Positions 27,801 through 42,173 of a DNA stretch of 64,000 nt are shown in pieces. The DNA lies in NCBI GenBank assembly GCA_964016885.1, contig OZ024742.1, forward strand, positions 197,470,001 to 197,534,000, given 5' to 3'. The notes below the pieces were generated by a model. The model did not search any database, was not told the origin of the DNA, and was given only the letters and a program-made list of their open reading frames with translations. Within the stretch, counting starts at the first letter, position 1. Each line of letters opens with the position of its first letter. Origin of the DNA: Eledone cirrhosa (taxonomy: Eukaryota). Position numbers and translations under genes: made by a program.

Positions 27801-28498
27801 CCATTGCTGTTACACTTTCCCACCCCATGCCTTCCGATTACATTCCATGTGTTAAAATCCCTACCCACTCTAGCATTAAAGTCACCAAGCACGATGACTT
27901 TGTCTGCCTGAGGGATATTTCTTAAAACACCTTTCAAGGCATGGTAAAAGGACAGTTTTTCTTCATCGACAGAATTCATAGTTGGAGCATACACACTCAC
28001 CAGGGTAGCATATCTTCCCTTGTCCAGCGGAACTCTCATGGACATAAGACGCTCACTAATCCCCACTGGGAATTCTTCCAATTTATTCACCAGTACAGTC
28101 TTAACAGCAAATCCTACCCCAGCCTCTCTTCTGGTTCCTTCATCTCTTCCTTTCCAGAAGAATGTATATTCTCCACAAAATTCCGTAAGATGACCATCTC
28201 CAGCTAACCTCGTCTCAGACAAAGCCACGATGTCAAGATCGTAACGTCGAAGCTCCTTCGCAACAAGAGCGGTCCTTCGTTCAGGACGCTCCAAAGAATC
28301 CCTGTCAAGCAGCGTCCGTACGTTCCAGCAGCCAAGACTAAATGCCCTGTTTGGCTCTATTACAATGGCACGATGACGGGCGGGCCCAGGTTGTGATAAC
28401 TTGGGGCCCCTGCCCTTATTGCCAATGATCTTTTTTGTTCCAGAACCCAAATTGGCAATTATCTCGTTTACATTGTTCTGGAACATCATTGAATTGGG

Positions 28499-28529
<31 letters not shown>

Positions 28530-28534
28530 TAATA

Positions 28535-28569
<35 letters not shown>

Positions 28570-28870
28570 ACACTATTAATAATTATTAATGCACTCGTGC
28601 AATGCCTGTGCGTGACGAATATTTTTAAAGTGAGGAAAGACTGTGCACTGAACCAATCCCACTCTCTGAGCGACAGTAGCTATAACCCGAAAAGAAGAAA
28701 AGATCAACATCATCGGTAACTACTGAGCCGCAGGTTTTATATCGGAGTTAACCCAGTTTCCTGAGATGCCTTCTCCTAGAAGAATACCCTGACATGGGCT
28801 AGGGGTTCTTCACTCCCAGTGGTTTAACTGCGCGATCGGGCATCCAGCCCGATTATTTCTATGTCCCCGC

Positions 28871-28872
<2 letters not shown>
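24677..28872 (-). mobile_element. RTE-clade LINE, near full length, with (TATG)n tail
   Basis: EN and RT ORFs, 3' end ...GAGGGGGCAGCCATCAT(GTAT)n, 5' UTR containing CTAGGAGAAGGCA. Confidence 0.92.
24943..28489 (-). pseudogene. RTE ORF: APE endonuclease, RT and three C-terminal C2H2 fingers; single frameshift near 27770
   Basis: WNVRTL, LSETR, VYAPT, GDFNA, LLDY and TDH; NYRGISLL, DLTKAFD, KQGD, LYADD and YLGS; three CxxC...HxxxH fingers. Confidence 0.92.
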
Positions 28873-28905
<33 letters not shown>

Positions 28906-29248
28906 ACTTATTGACACTTATACGTACGACATACACACACACGCATACATATGCGTGCACACAGCAACACTCACACACACAACAAACACACACACACGCT
29001 ACTCTACTCACTTACACGCACACACACACATATATATATATATTACCGTCATCACTGATACAAGATTACCAGATTATGTCAACTGTTGACTTTCAAGAGT
29101 TTGTATAGTTGAAGCCGATCGTATTACAGTCCAGTATTACTATAATTGCTTTACAGCATAGAGTTATGGCTCTCCACGGAGTCAACAAAAGAGAGTACCA
29201 GTGATGCGCTGGCCAGTCGCTGGATCCGTGCCAAAAGCAGAAAAATTA

Positions 29249-29279
<31 letters not shown>

Positions 29280-30499
29280 CATACATACAGATAAAGCGAT
29301 GTTTAATAACTGAAGCAATAAGAATATGTGTGCGTGTGTAAATATGTATGTATGCATGTATGTATGTCTTTTGCCAATTCTGAATATAAACAGCGCCAAG
29401 AAAACCGAGAAACAGATGCTGTACGACTGAAGTCCCATAAGATATTTGTTCTACCTCGAGTTAGAGACTCTGTTGACACTCCCGTTACCAGACATGCAGT
29501 GGTCTAATGTTGAAAACCAATGATATTGTTGTTCTAATATCGTTTTATAAAATAAAAACAATAAAATAAAGAGCCCCGTAAACTAATATGGTGCATACAG
29601 GCTTCCAGCAGTGAAAGACTTATATTTTATTATGTCTGAAATTACGCAGATCTTTCCATGACGGATGGAAACATCTGAGGTTTTCTGTTAGTATAATACA
29701 CGGTAGACCTAAACTCGCGCTTCCATTTAAAAAATGAATAATTGTTGTGTGTATTCACTAAATGAAATAAACTATAATATGATAAGGGGAGGAGTGCGGG
29801 ATAGCGTCCGTTTTATACTTTTTTATGCCGTTAGTAAAATAAGTTGGATTACTTTGAATAAATAATTGTTGCTACTTTTGTCACAAGGCCAGCAATTACG
29901 CAGTGCGTGACTGGTACTTTATTTTATCGACCCCGTAAGGATGAAAGGCAAAGCTAAAATGAATGAATATTATGTAATTTATCTACTAAATTTCGTAACT
30001 CTTCATTAAACATAAATATTCTTATATATAAAGTATTGCTTATTTTAACATTCACTTCTTTAAAATTTTCAAATGTCAACACTTCCGGTTAGCGTCCATT
30101 ATATCATAATACTCATCACATCGCTTATATAAACGTTCATATATTTGCATCGTTATATAAGGTTTATATTTCCGTCGCTAATTTTCTCCTTTTTCGTTTT
30201 CATAACATTTTAGTTTATCATGTATGCAGTTTACATATAATATCGTCTCTTTTTAAAGTATCATGGATTACTTTACTGATTACAGAAGAGAGTGTAATAC
30301 AGACTTCGTTCAATTTCTGTGCATATTGTCAATTACGACTTTATTTGATGTATCATATCTATATGCATATATATTTGCGTATAATATCAATATGCACACT
30401 ACATATGCTATCAGAGAACCACCTGGAGGGTGGTTTTTCTGCTAGTGTATGATAATTAAATAACAGTTTTTTACTACTAGCGCAACGTTTGGCTCACCC

Positions 30500-30726
30500 T
30501 ACGTAAATCTGTTACGACATTCTTTTTAAATACGTGAATCAAAATAACGTGAGATTTTCTCTTGGCATAAAATAAATCTGCAATGATATCTATTATGAAT
30601 ATGTGGCTAAAAATAAAATGAAGTTTTCTGTTAGTATAAGATAAATTTATAATAATATCTATTCTAAATACGTGGATCAAAATATAGTGAGGTTTTCTGT
30701 TGGTATAAGATAAATCTATCATGATA
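30500..30726 (+). repeat. Degenerate ~69 bp tandem repeat, continuing at 34366-34400
   Basis: TAAATCT-like motif recurs at ~30504, 30573, 30641 and 30710. Confidence 0.7.
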
Positions 30727-31077
30727 TCTATATATCTAAAACAGAGAAAGCCTGTCTGTCTGTTCTCTCACTAAAACTCGAGAACCACCCAACCTATTGT
30801 TTTCAAACTTTACACATGTACTACTTGTGGTCCTGTGAGTGTTTTGAGCAAAGTGTATTTCGATATTTTCAATGTCCTAGGGACCGCATTAGGCGATTTA
30901 GAGATCTCTCTCTATAATTCTTAGTCTTTCTCTTTTTAGATAGATACATAGATATAACGTTGCGCCCTTATAATATGTCTGTATGTCTGGCTGTCTGCTT
31001 TACAACATTATGACGCAGTGTGTGTGTGCGTATATATATATATATAAATATATATATGTATATATATATAGTGTATA

Positions 31078-31170
<93 letters not shown>

Positions 31171-31174
<4 letters not shown>

Positions 31175-31905
31175 GAATGAAACGAAATTTCATTTCTCAC
31201 TCTTAGTACGGCACTTACTTAAATGTAAGTATGTATGTATGTATACGTACATACATATATGTATACAGACGTACAGTAGCATGTATATATATATACATAT
31301 ATGCACACATATATATATATGCACGTATCGGTTTACCGAACATTTATTATAATGCTCGGTTTGTTTGTTTGTAAACAAACAAACAGCCCGAATTACGCCG
31401 TACAGTGTTTAGGCAACCACGTCACCTTTTCTGTTCAACACTGACACAGGAACGATGTACTAGTTTCAAGCTTATTAGCTATCGTCAGCATCGTATACCT
31501 TCCTGCCAGATGGTTGAACGTCTGAAAGTATATACTTTCCTTATGCATATTAACGGCTGAGCAGCCTAATTTGCATATCAAGTGAGTTCAGTCGGCCGGG
31601 CACACCAAAAACGATAAATGGAATAGAATGAAAAGAAATTTCATTTCTCACTCTTAGTACGGCACTTACTTAAATGTAAGTAAGTATGTATACTTTAAGT
31701 ATGTGCCGTACTAAGAGTGAGAAATGAAATTTCGTTTCATTCTATTCCATTTATCGTTTTCTGCCGACTGAACTCACTCGATATGCAAATTAGGCTGCTC
31801 AGCCGTTAATATGCATAAGGAAAGTATATACTTTCAGACGTTCAACCATCTGTTCGGTAAACCGATACGCGCATATATATATATATATGTGTGCATGTAT
31901 GTATA
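31171..31905 (-). mobile_element. Hammerhead-bearing non-coding element (~450 nt unit, terminal redundancy, inverted tail)
   Basis: Direct repeat at 31171 and 31622; inverted copy at 31694-31900; second copy at 42071-42500. Confidence 0.7.
31452..31494 (-). ncRNA. Minimal type-I hammerhead ribozyme
   Basis: - strand reads ACGATG CTGACGA TAGCTAATAAGCTT GAAA CTAG TA CATCGT: stem I, CUGANGA, stem II, GAAA, palindromic CUAG, GUA cleavage triplet. Confidence 0.8.
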
Positions 31906-32117
31906 TAGGGGTTCTCCTACATGGATATAAAGTAGTGGCCATACTCGAAAACGAGTTGGCAGCCACCATGTATATATATATATATATATAGTGTGTGTGT
32001 GTAACGCTTTTCGAAATATTTACTTCTGCGTTCACAGATTGATTTTATTAGTTTCAGAAGATCCCATTAAGGGTGAAAGCAGCGATTCTTTGCTTAAACG
32101 TTAATCTTTTTTTTTTT

Positions 32118-32552
32118 AAATATCTGTACACGAATATATAATTATATATTCGTGTACAGATATTTTTGCATAAACAATAACAAACTATAAACAAATGTAT
32201 TTATTTAGCGATGAAGTATTGATTTTCTTCGCACGGGAAAAAACCCTGGTAATCTACGACGAATTTTTTTATAAGCACAAAATGTAGACACCATTCCGAG
32301 GCCGAGGTATTCCGTACTTCTCTGTACTGCTATATATATATTTATATATATATAATTATATATTCCTGTACAGATATTTTTTGCATACACCATAACAAAA
32401 TATAAACAAAAGTATTTATTTCGCGATAAAGTATTGATTTTCTTCGAACGGAAAAAAAAGCCCTGCTAATCTACGACGAATTTTTTTTTATGACCACAAA
32501 ATGTAGACACCATCTCGAGGCTGAGGTATTCCGTACTTCTTTGTACTGTTAT
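32118..32552 (+). repeat. Short palindrome (32118-32165) followed by a ~210 bp direct duplication
   Basis: AAATATCTGTACACGAATATATA ATTATATATTCGTGTACAGATATTT; units at ~32140-32330 and ~32350-32550; partial third copy near 34240. Confidence 0.8.
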
Positions 32553-32933
32553 ATATATATATATATATATATATAAATGTGAGAAAAACCACCGACCCTC
32601 CATCTCAACTCTACTTTTGAAAAGCAGAAGAACTGCGAAACCGGTAAAGGAACCAAATAAATATATATATTTAAAAAAAAAAAATAAGACTCCAGTTGCA
32701 TTTTCGATTTCATCTCTTTTTCTTTATACTTTCACTCGTGTAGGACACCTCGATTATTTTTCATTTTGTAAAAAAAACCTCACTTTCTAAGATATATATA
32801 TATATATATAGAGAGAGGTTATCACATACATAAAATTAAATTAAATTAAATCAAGGATACATATATGTGTTGCAACTGTTCACTTTTAAGCTCAATGAAG
32901 AATTAATAAGTTAAAATCAAAAAATCAGAGCAT

Positions 32934-33769
<836 letters not shown>

Positions 33770-33923
33770 GTAAATATACACGGGTGTGTATGATTGTGTA
33801 TAGAAGATTATATTAATAAGAGGAATTCCAACTTTGTCTGATTTACTCGTTTTATTTACAATCCTTTAAAATATATAATGGTATTATAATGAAATAGTAT
33901 GATAGAATATTAAATTCTAAGTG

Positions 33924-34229
<306 letters not shown>

Positions 34230-34694
34230 ATATATATATATATATATTCGTGTACAGATATTTTTGCATACATATAACAAAATATAAACAAACCTATTTA
34301 TTTCACGAGGTAAATATATAAGAACCCTAGAGCAAATCCCGAGCAACGCCGGGCCATTCTGCTAGTATATTCTAAATATGTATACCAAAATAAAGTGAGA
34401 ACTATCTAGAAACTATCGTTGGGTTGTTGGAATCAGATTGAATTACAGGCACAAGTCCATCCTACCGGCATCGAAACAGTTTCCGTCTATCTAATTTCAC
34501 TCACAAGGCATGTGTCAAGCTGAGGCTATGATAAATTAAACTTGCTTAGATTGATCGTGAAAGCAATGACACAAACTAGAAACTGTGATCAACATTAAGC
34601 TCGGTAGTGTTACTGAGGATATACAAGATATAGACATCAGCAGAATCACACTCACTAAATATATATTTTTATATTTGGTTATATAAATAAAATA

Positions 34695-34880
34695 ATTGTT
34701 TCTACTTTTGGCACAAGGCCAGCAAATACCCAGTACATTACTGGTACTTTATTTTATCGACCCCGTATGGGTGAAAGGCAAAGTTAACTTCGGCAGGACT
34801 TGAACTCAGATCGTAAAAGGACGTAACTCTATGTGTCAAAGCATGGGGTCCGACCCTCTACCAATACTGCCAATTAACCC
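34695..34880 (-). mobile_element. tRNA-derived SINE
   Basis: Reverse complement of the 37777 family. Confidence 0.8.
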
Positions 34881-35224
34881 TCCCTAAAAAAATAAAATAA
34901 TATTCATGAATGTATAGCCAAAGGGTTAAGAGATTCGCTTCGCAATCATTAGATCCCAGGTACATTCCCACTGCGTATAAAGTTGGGGAAGTGTCAATTA
35001 TCATAGCCTCGGGTTGATCCATACCTTTGGAGTGAAACTGTTTAGAATTTCGTCGAATCGAGTTATACTTGTAATTCAAAGGGTCAGACTTGTAAAACAT
35101 TGCGTTACACTGAGAATGTTTACAGAATGTGTGTGTGTGTGTGTGTGTGTGTGTGACAGATCACACCTATGCAGGTTTAGCTGGCCTCCTCCAAGGTATA
35201 TCTCGTTGGAGGTGTCTTGGGTGA

Positions 35225-35396
35225 CTTAATGATAGGGACCCCAGTCCTATCATCTCATTTCTACAGCTGAGTAAACTGGAGCAACGTGAAATAAAGTGTC
35301 TTGCTCAAAGAAACAACACATCACCCGGTCCGAGAATTGAACTCACAACCTTTCGATTGCAAGCCCAATGCTCTAACCACTAAGCCACGCGCCTTC
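35225..35396 (-). mobile_element. tRNA-derived SINE of CORE-like type
   Basis: - strand AAGGCGCGTGGCTTAGTGGTTAGAGCATTGG...GAGTTCAATTCTCGG...TTGAGCAAGACACTTTATTTCAC. Confidence 0.7.
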
Positions 35397-35611
35397 ACTT
35401 ATAGAATGCTCAGCCACTTAAACGTTAATTTATTGAGTAGGCTGTTCCGTTGATCGAACATTTGGAAAACTCATAATCGAAACAGATGAAGATCCATTCC
35501 AGTATCTAAAATAGAGCACAGCAAACCAATGAATCAAGCATTGATAAGTTCTTCTTGTGAAGAAATTGAAAATTTATTTGCATGAAAACATAAATATGTT
35601 GTGATAATTGG

Positions 35612-35790
35612 GAGGGTCATGCTACCAATAAAAACACACGCACCAGTTAAGTTTCACTTGAAATTTATTAGTGGTTAAGTAATTAATCCATTCCTCGGTC
35701 GAGTGATGAAACAGCTTTGAAAATTAAATAACCATCCGGTTGCTATGAAGTGAAACTGATGCGCGTGTTTTTATTGGCAATATGACCCTC
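35612..35790. mobile_element. MITE-like element with ~45 bp TIRs
   Basis: GAGGGTCATGCTACCAATAAAAACACACGCACCAG ... CTGATGCGCGTGTTTTTATTGGCAATATGACCCTC. Confidence 0.65.
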
Positions 35791-36479
35791 AAATTGTATA
35801 ACAATATCTGTCTCAACATACAATTTCACTTCAAGAATTTTAGAAAAGAAATCCCAAAACGAAACAAAATAAAATAACATAATAACATTCAATTACCGAC
35901 TCTGAAATGTTTTATTCTACATTATATTTACGGGTGTTTCAAAATTACTGGCTAAAATGAAATTCCAACAGCGAAATGAGATAGAACAGTTTACGCCTAC
36001 ATTCAAAGGTACATATGAGAGAACGTCGAAAAATAACATCCTCGCCTTTTTGTTGATAGAGAAAAGATGAGCCACGTGTTTGACATATGTAGCGACTAGA
36101 TATGATCAAATAGGCAAAGAAAACAAAGTTCGAATACTGCTATCAGCATTTTCTTCATCACTTGGAAGCAATGTCGTTATTTTTTAACATGCTAAGATTT
36201 AAAACAAACACTTTTGAAGAGGCAGTACAAGATTAACGAGGCTAAATTTACATGGAATTTGGAGTTTATCAAGATATTTCTTTGAGAAGGAAATAAAACA
36301 TAAATAAATTTTTTTTTTTAGGAAAAAATGTAATGTAGGAAAAATTTCGAATTATCTCGTTAATTCTCCAAAGTAAGAGCAAGCCAATAAATGTCATGTG
36401 AAAATCATTAAAGGATTGTTGTAACATCTACATAACTGTTATTAACATTATGGTAACATGGAATGAAATATATTGTAGC

Positions 36480-36527
<48 letters not shown>

Positions 36528-37254
36528 TCTATCTATCTCTCACCTCCCCTCTCTCTTTCTACCTCTCAGTGTATCTCTCACCTCACCGCGCTCTCTTTCT
36601 CTCACCCCCGCCTCTCTCGTTCACCTTTACCCTCTGCCACGCAACCCTCTCCACCTCTCTTTCTTCCACCTTTTCCCGCCCACTTTCTATTTCTCTCTCT
36701 CTCTCTCCCTTCCAGCTTTACCCTCTCTCACACCCCTACCAATTTTTATCTCTCTCATATATAAATGTGTGTGTGTGTGTGTGCTAGCATGGAAAAATGG
36801 ATGTTAAACGGTGATGGTGATGATTGATATATATATGAGGAGTGGGGGGGGTGGCATGAGTATGTGTGTGTGTATTTATATATGTATGTATGCTTATATG
36901 TATGTGTGTATGTTTTTATGTGTGTGTATTAAAACATACATACATACATATATACATACATACATGCATACATACATACGTGCGTCTGTATACATATGAG
37001 TGGGTGTTAAATCGTTCTCACCATCTATATACCCACTAACGTGTTCCTCCACGTACTCACCCCCTCACAATTCAACCACCTCTGAAGCCCCTGTAATGAT
37101 TTCTAAAAGAATTCGATGATTGATCACTGAGATATCGATCTATTATTGCAGATGTCGCAGCTACTGTTACTGCTATTCCTACTACTACTACTACTGATGA
37201 TGATAATCTTCGAATCATTTGGAAATTTATTCCCTTTCAAACTCATTTTAGGGA

Positions 37255-37480
37255 TGAGGCACGACCTTGTGGTTAGAGTGTTGCATTTACAATCATAATG
37301 TCGTGAGTTCGATTCCTCCAGCTGAAAACTAGTACCAGCAGCAACTGTGGATTAAACCTGCGATGAACTGGCGTCCTGTCCACGGGGGAAATTTCGTACT
37401 CTCATTTGCTCAGCTCTAATGAAACCGGGTTAAGCTCCAGCCTGATGATTCCCAGGGCTTGAGACAGACTTTAACTTAAC
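37255..37480 (+). mobile_element. tRNA-derived SINE with V-domain-like body
   Basis: tRNA-like head GTGGTTAGAGTG...GAGTTCGATTCC; CCTGCGATGAACTGGCGTCCTGTCCA. Confidence 0.6.
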
Positions 37481-37776
37481 TAAACTCATTTTAGGGTTTG
37501 GTAACGGAGAGTAGTGAAATCTGTGAAATCTGTGAAATCAGTTGAATAAAGTAGAATTGTCTATGATTGTAGGTGTTCCAAACATCCACTGTATTGATAT
37601 CTTTCTTAACAGGTGAATTGTCTTGCTAAGAAAGGGAACACCCTTCCGCAGCTTTCTTCACTATTTTGTCTTAGCTCCTTCGTCAACCCTTCGTGACTGC
37701 ATTTCTAATGAGATACGCTCTATTTCAATGGATGAAGAATTTTAAGGGATTTATCAACATTATCAATTATTTAATT

Positions 37777-38167
37777 GGCGGTGGATTGGCAGTATCGGTA
37801 GAGAGTCGGGCGCCATGCTTTGCATCATAGAGTTACGTCCCTTTTCGGTCTGAGTTCAAATCCCACCGAGGTTAACTTTGCCTTTCATCCTTACGGGGTC
37901 GATAAAATAAAGTACCAGTAATGCACTGGAATAATTGCTGGCCTTGTGCCAAAAGTAAAAACAATTATTAATTATTGGTGGATTGGCAGTATCGGTAGAG
38001 GGTCGGACGCCATGCTTTGTAGTATAGAGTGACGGCCCTTTACGGTCTGAGTTCACATCCCGCTGAGGTTAACTTTGCCTTTCATCCTTACGGGGTCGAT
38101 AAAATAATGTACCAGTAATCCACTGGGATAATTGCTGGCCTTGTACCAAAAGTAGAAACAATTATTA
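37777..38167 (+). mobile_element. Tandem dimer of tRNA-derived SINE (Meta/MESC-like core)
   Basis: Two ~195 bp copies with core GAGGTTAACTTTGCCTTTCATCCTTACGGGGTCGATAAAA; AATTATTTAATTG on both flanks. Confidence 0.85.
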
Positions 38168-38185
38168 ATTATTTAATTGCCAAGA

Positions 38186-38399
38186 TACGAGGATCGGTTG
38201 AAAAGTTTATAGGCTATGAAGGATTGGTGCTAGAGGTGTGAAATCTTGCAAGCATTGATTTCAACTCTTCTTATTAAGAACTGCATTGTTTCTTTCCAGG
38301 GACTATGTTGAAAAATGAACCTCATTTGGTCATTCTATGAGAGTATCTTGGTCAGCTTATGAACCTTTCAGCCTATGGAATTTTCAGCAGACCCTCGTA
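38186..38399. mobile_element. Mariner-type MITE
   Basis: TACGAGGATCGGTTGAAAA ... TTTTCAGCAGACCCTCGTA. Confidence 0.7.
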
Positions 38400-39171
38400 G
38401 TATCGTAACATAGAAAATTAAAATATGACTCCTTTAAAATAGGTCATTTTATGTGTGCTTGTGTATGTGTGTGTGTATACGTGTGAATGTGTGTGTGTGA
38501 GTGTAGTTGTACATGTGTGTGTGTGCATTTCGTTCGTATATACATGCATGCTTATACGAGTATATACATATATGTATATGGCTGTAATGAACCCGCCAAT
38601 GTGTAATATATCTTTATTAAAAATTCTGAAGTAAATATTTCCATTACGAGAAAAACAATTACAGGAATATGGCAATTGATATCATATTTTATGTTTTCCT
38701 TTGAAAACGGATGACCGAAATATATTGCTGTCTGTTCGTAAGTATTATATTATATGACAGCTATCCAATTTATTGTTCCGAAAGAGAGTAGTCCCGGCCC
38801 ATATGACCAATTAGAAACAGATTAAGACTTAGGTTTATGACAGAAAACCAATGTATCACCATGATGTATGATAATATATGATTTCTTAATTAATGGCAAT
38901 AAGAATTTATTTCACAGTAAATATACACTAAATACAATATCTAAAAATATAAAATGAATATCACACCTCTTAAATTTCGTCCACTGAATCATGTTCATTC
39001 ATTTTAATTAAATTAATTAAGCGAAGATAATATAATTGAGTTCTGAATAAATTTTGGATAATCACCTTTAGTTGTTTCAAAGGTTATTGCAATCGCTTGT
39101 ATTAGTAAATGTATACAGTTATATAGGATAATGATAATCTCGGGTCCCAAATAATAGGGGGTGGAATAAGC

Positions 39172-40157
39172 GGTATGGTCTGCCCCAGAAAGGCATTTCG
39201 GCAATCAAACAGATTTACGCAAACTCCAAGAGCTGCATACGGACAGAGGATGGTTACAGTGACTGGTTTGAGGTGGTTACTGGCGTGCGTCAAGTTTGCT
39301 CGCTCTCTCCAATTCTCTTTGCCATAGCCATTGACTGGGTACTAAGAAGAGCATCTAAAGATCAGGGTATATCTTGGGTGCGAGAGCAAAAGTTGTCTGA
39401 CCTGGACTTTGCGGACGATATTGCTGCACTTGCAGAGAGCACAGTTGACCTGCAAATCATTGTGAACAATATCAATGTCGAAGCAGGAAGCTTAGGTCTC
39501 AATATCAGTGCCAAGAAGACCAAAAGCATGTTATCTGGGACACACCCACCACCAACCAGTGTCTTCATTGAACAGGGGGAGGTAGAGATAGTGGACAACT
39601 TCATCTGTCTAGGAAGCTCCATTAACAATGGACAGTGAACTGCAATGTAGAATGGGAAAGGCTTCAGCAGCATTTAACCAGCTTGACAAGATCTGGAAGA
39701 GCAGGAAGTTCACCCTCAAAACAAAGATGAGATTCTACAACAGCAACATGCTGTCCACACTCTTGTGAAACATGGCACCTTAAGACCAGCCAAGAGAAGA
39801 AGTTGGACGCATTCGATTCCAGATGTCTGCGAAAGATCCTGGGGATTAAATGGAGTGACCATGTAACAAACCAGGAAGTCAGGAACCGCACCAACCATCA
39901 GCTAGTCTCTTCTACGCCTGGGCTGGTTTGGACACGCGTTGAGACTTCCTCCGGAGAGACTGGCGAACCAAGTACTTAAATGGAGCCCGCAGGAAAGCAG
40001 ACGGAGAGGGAACTGGGGCCAGACAGTTGAGAGGGATCTGCGAGCGATAAACAGACAATGGCGGGACGTTGTGCAACTGGCTGCTGACCGAACGCGATGG
40101 AACACTATGATTGCCTCATGTGTCGCAAGACGCGGGAGTTTCTGAGTCTGAGTCTGA
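39172..40157 (+). mobile_element. 5'-truncated RTE fragment with (GTCTGA)n tail
   Basis: GVRQ...LSPILF, LDFADDI, CLGS and WFGH motifs; GAATAAGC duplicated on both sides. Confidence 0.85.
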
Positions 40158-40169
40158 ATAAGCAGGAGA

Positions 40170-41290
40170 GTTGGAATAAACAGTGTTGGAATAAGCGAGT
40201 GGGGTGAAATAAACAGTGTTGGGATAAGTGAGGGAGGTGGAATAAACAGTGTTGGGATAAGCGAGTGGGGTGAAATAAACAGTGTTGGGATAAGCGAGGG
40301 AGGTGGAATAAACAGTGTTGGAATAAGCGAGTGGGGTGAAATAAACAGTGTTGGGATAAGTGAGGGAGGTGGAATAAACAGTGTTGGGATAAGCGAGTGA
40401 GGTGAAATAAACAGTGTTGGGATAAGTGAGGGAGGTGGAATAAACAGTGTTGGGATAAGCGAGTGAGGTGGAATAAACAGTGTTGGAATAAGCGAGGGAG
40501 GTGGAATAAACAGTGTTGGAATAAGCGAGTGGTGTGGAATAAACAGTGTTGGGATAAGCGAGTGGGGTGAAATAAACAGTGTTGGAATAAGCGAGTGGGG
40601 TGAAATAAACAGTGTTGGGATAAGCGAGTGGGGTGAAATAAACAGTGTTGGGATAAGCGAGGGAGGTGGAATAAACAGTGTTGGGATAAGCGAGTGGGGT
40701 GAAATAAACAGTGTTGGGATAAGCGAGTGGGGTGAAATAAACAGTGTTGGGATAAGCGAGTGGGGTGAAATAAACAGTGTTGGGATAATGAGTGGGGTGA
40801 AATAAACAGTGTTGGAATAAGCGAGGGAGGTGGAATAAACAGTGTTGGGATAAGCGAGGGAGGTGGAATAAACAGTGTTGGAATAAGCGAGGGAGGTGGA
40901 ATAAACAGTGTTGGGATAAGCGAGTGGTGTGGAATAAACAGTGTTGGGATAAGCGAGTGGGGTGAAATAAACAGTGTTGGAATAAGCGAGTGAGGTGAAA
41001 TAAACAGTGTTGGGATAATGAGTGGGGTGAAATAAACAGTGTTGGAATAAGCGAGGGAGGTGGAATAAACAGTGTTGGGATAAGCGAGGGAGGTGGAATA
41101 AACAGTGTTGGAATAAGCGAGGGAGGTGAAATAAACAGTGTTGAGATAATGAGTGGGGTGAAATAAACAGTGTTGGAATAAGCGAGGGAGGTGGAATAAA
41201 CAGTGTTGGAATAAGCGAGGGAGGTGGAATAAACAGTGTTGGAATAAGCGAGGGAGGTGGAATAAACAGTGTTGGATAAGCGAGGGAGGT
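40170..41290 (+). repeat. 33 bp minisatellite, ~34 copies
   Basis: Unit GRAATAAACAGTGTTGGRATAAGCGAGKGRGGT; CAGTG recurs at 40181, 40214, 40247 and onward. Confidence 0.97.
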
Positions 41291-41905
41291 AGAATATCTG
41301 TAATTTTTCTAGATTGTCTCTGCTGAATTTTAGAAAACCAGAATTAGTCGTTTAGTTTACATATAGAGACCCCCAACCCATCCTATTTATTTTACAACGT
41401 ATGGGATTTCTTGTAATGTATTTTTTTTGTCATGAATAATGTTTTTTCTTTAATATCTGAAGAAAATTAAAATAAAATTTCGCCGGAGGTAGATTAGCAA
41501 AATCTAATAAGCGAGGGGCAGGGTGGAATATGAGCCAGGGTGTCTGAAAAATTAACAAGTGGTGGGGGGGGGGTCGATTATTCGAGACTCGAGAGTGAAT
41601 GTTTGTTATATAAAATTATTTTTGTAATATGTTTGTTTACATATACACACACACACATATATATATATGTGTGTGTAAACAAACATGGATTTCGAATACC
41701 TGATGATATCACCGGATTCATACGGAACTCGGTCATTGAAATGATCATAATATAATAAACCTTTCAAGGATTTATACAAGTGCAGCCTCCTGTCATTTTA
41801 TTAGATATATATATATATATGTATATATATATATTAGAAAGTGAGGTTTTTTTTACAAAATGAAAAATAACCGAGGTGTCCTACACGAGTGAAAGTTTAA
41901 AGAAA

Positions 41906-42001
41906 AAAAGATGAAATCGAAAATGCAACTGGAGTCTTATTTTTAAAAAAATATATATATTTATTTTTAAATAAGACTCCAGTTGCATTTTCGATTTCAT
42001 C

Positions 42002-42006
<5 letters not shown>
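41906..42006. repeat. Fold-back palindrome in an element also present at 32680-32790
   Basis: AAAAAGATGAAATCGAAAATGCAACTGGAGTCTTATT ... AATAAGACTCCAGTTGCATTTTCGATTTCATCTTTTT. Confidence 0.9.
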
Positions 42007-42075
<69 letters not shown>

Positions 42076-42125
42076 AGTATGTATGTATACGTACATACCT
42101 ATATGTATACAGACGTACAGTAGCA

Positions 42126-42173
<48 letters not shown>

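Larger units (their letters stand above)
39135..41597. mobile_element. TIR element hosting an RTE insertion and an internal minisatellite
   Basis: TCTCGGGTCCCAAATAAT at ~39138 and ATTATTCGAGACTCGAGA at ~41578-41595. Confidence 0.55.

Noticed and set aside
37777-37870. tRNA gene
   Set aside because: tRNA-like A/B boxes continue into a repeated SINE body and no complete cloverleaf is evident
40170-41290. 33 bp periodic array as a possible CRISPR
   Set aside because: Contiguous tandem units with no unique spacers, eukaryotic context and no cas genes
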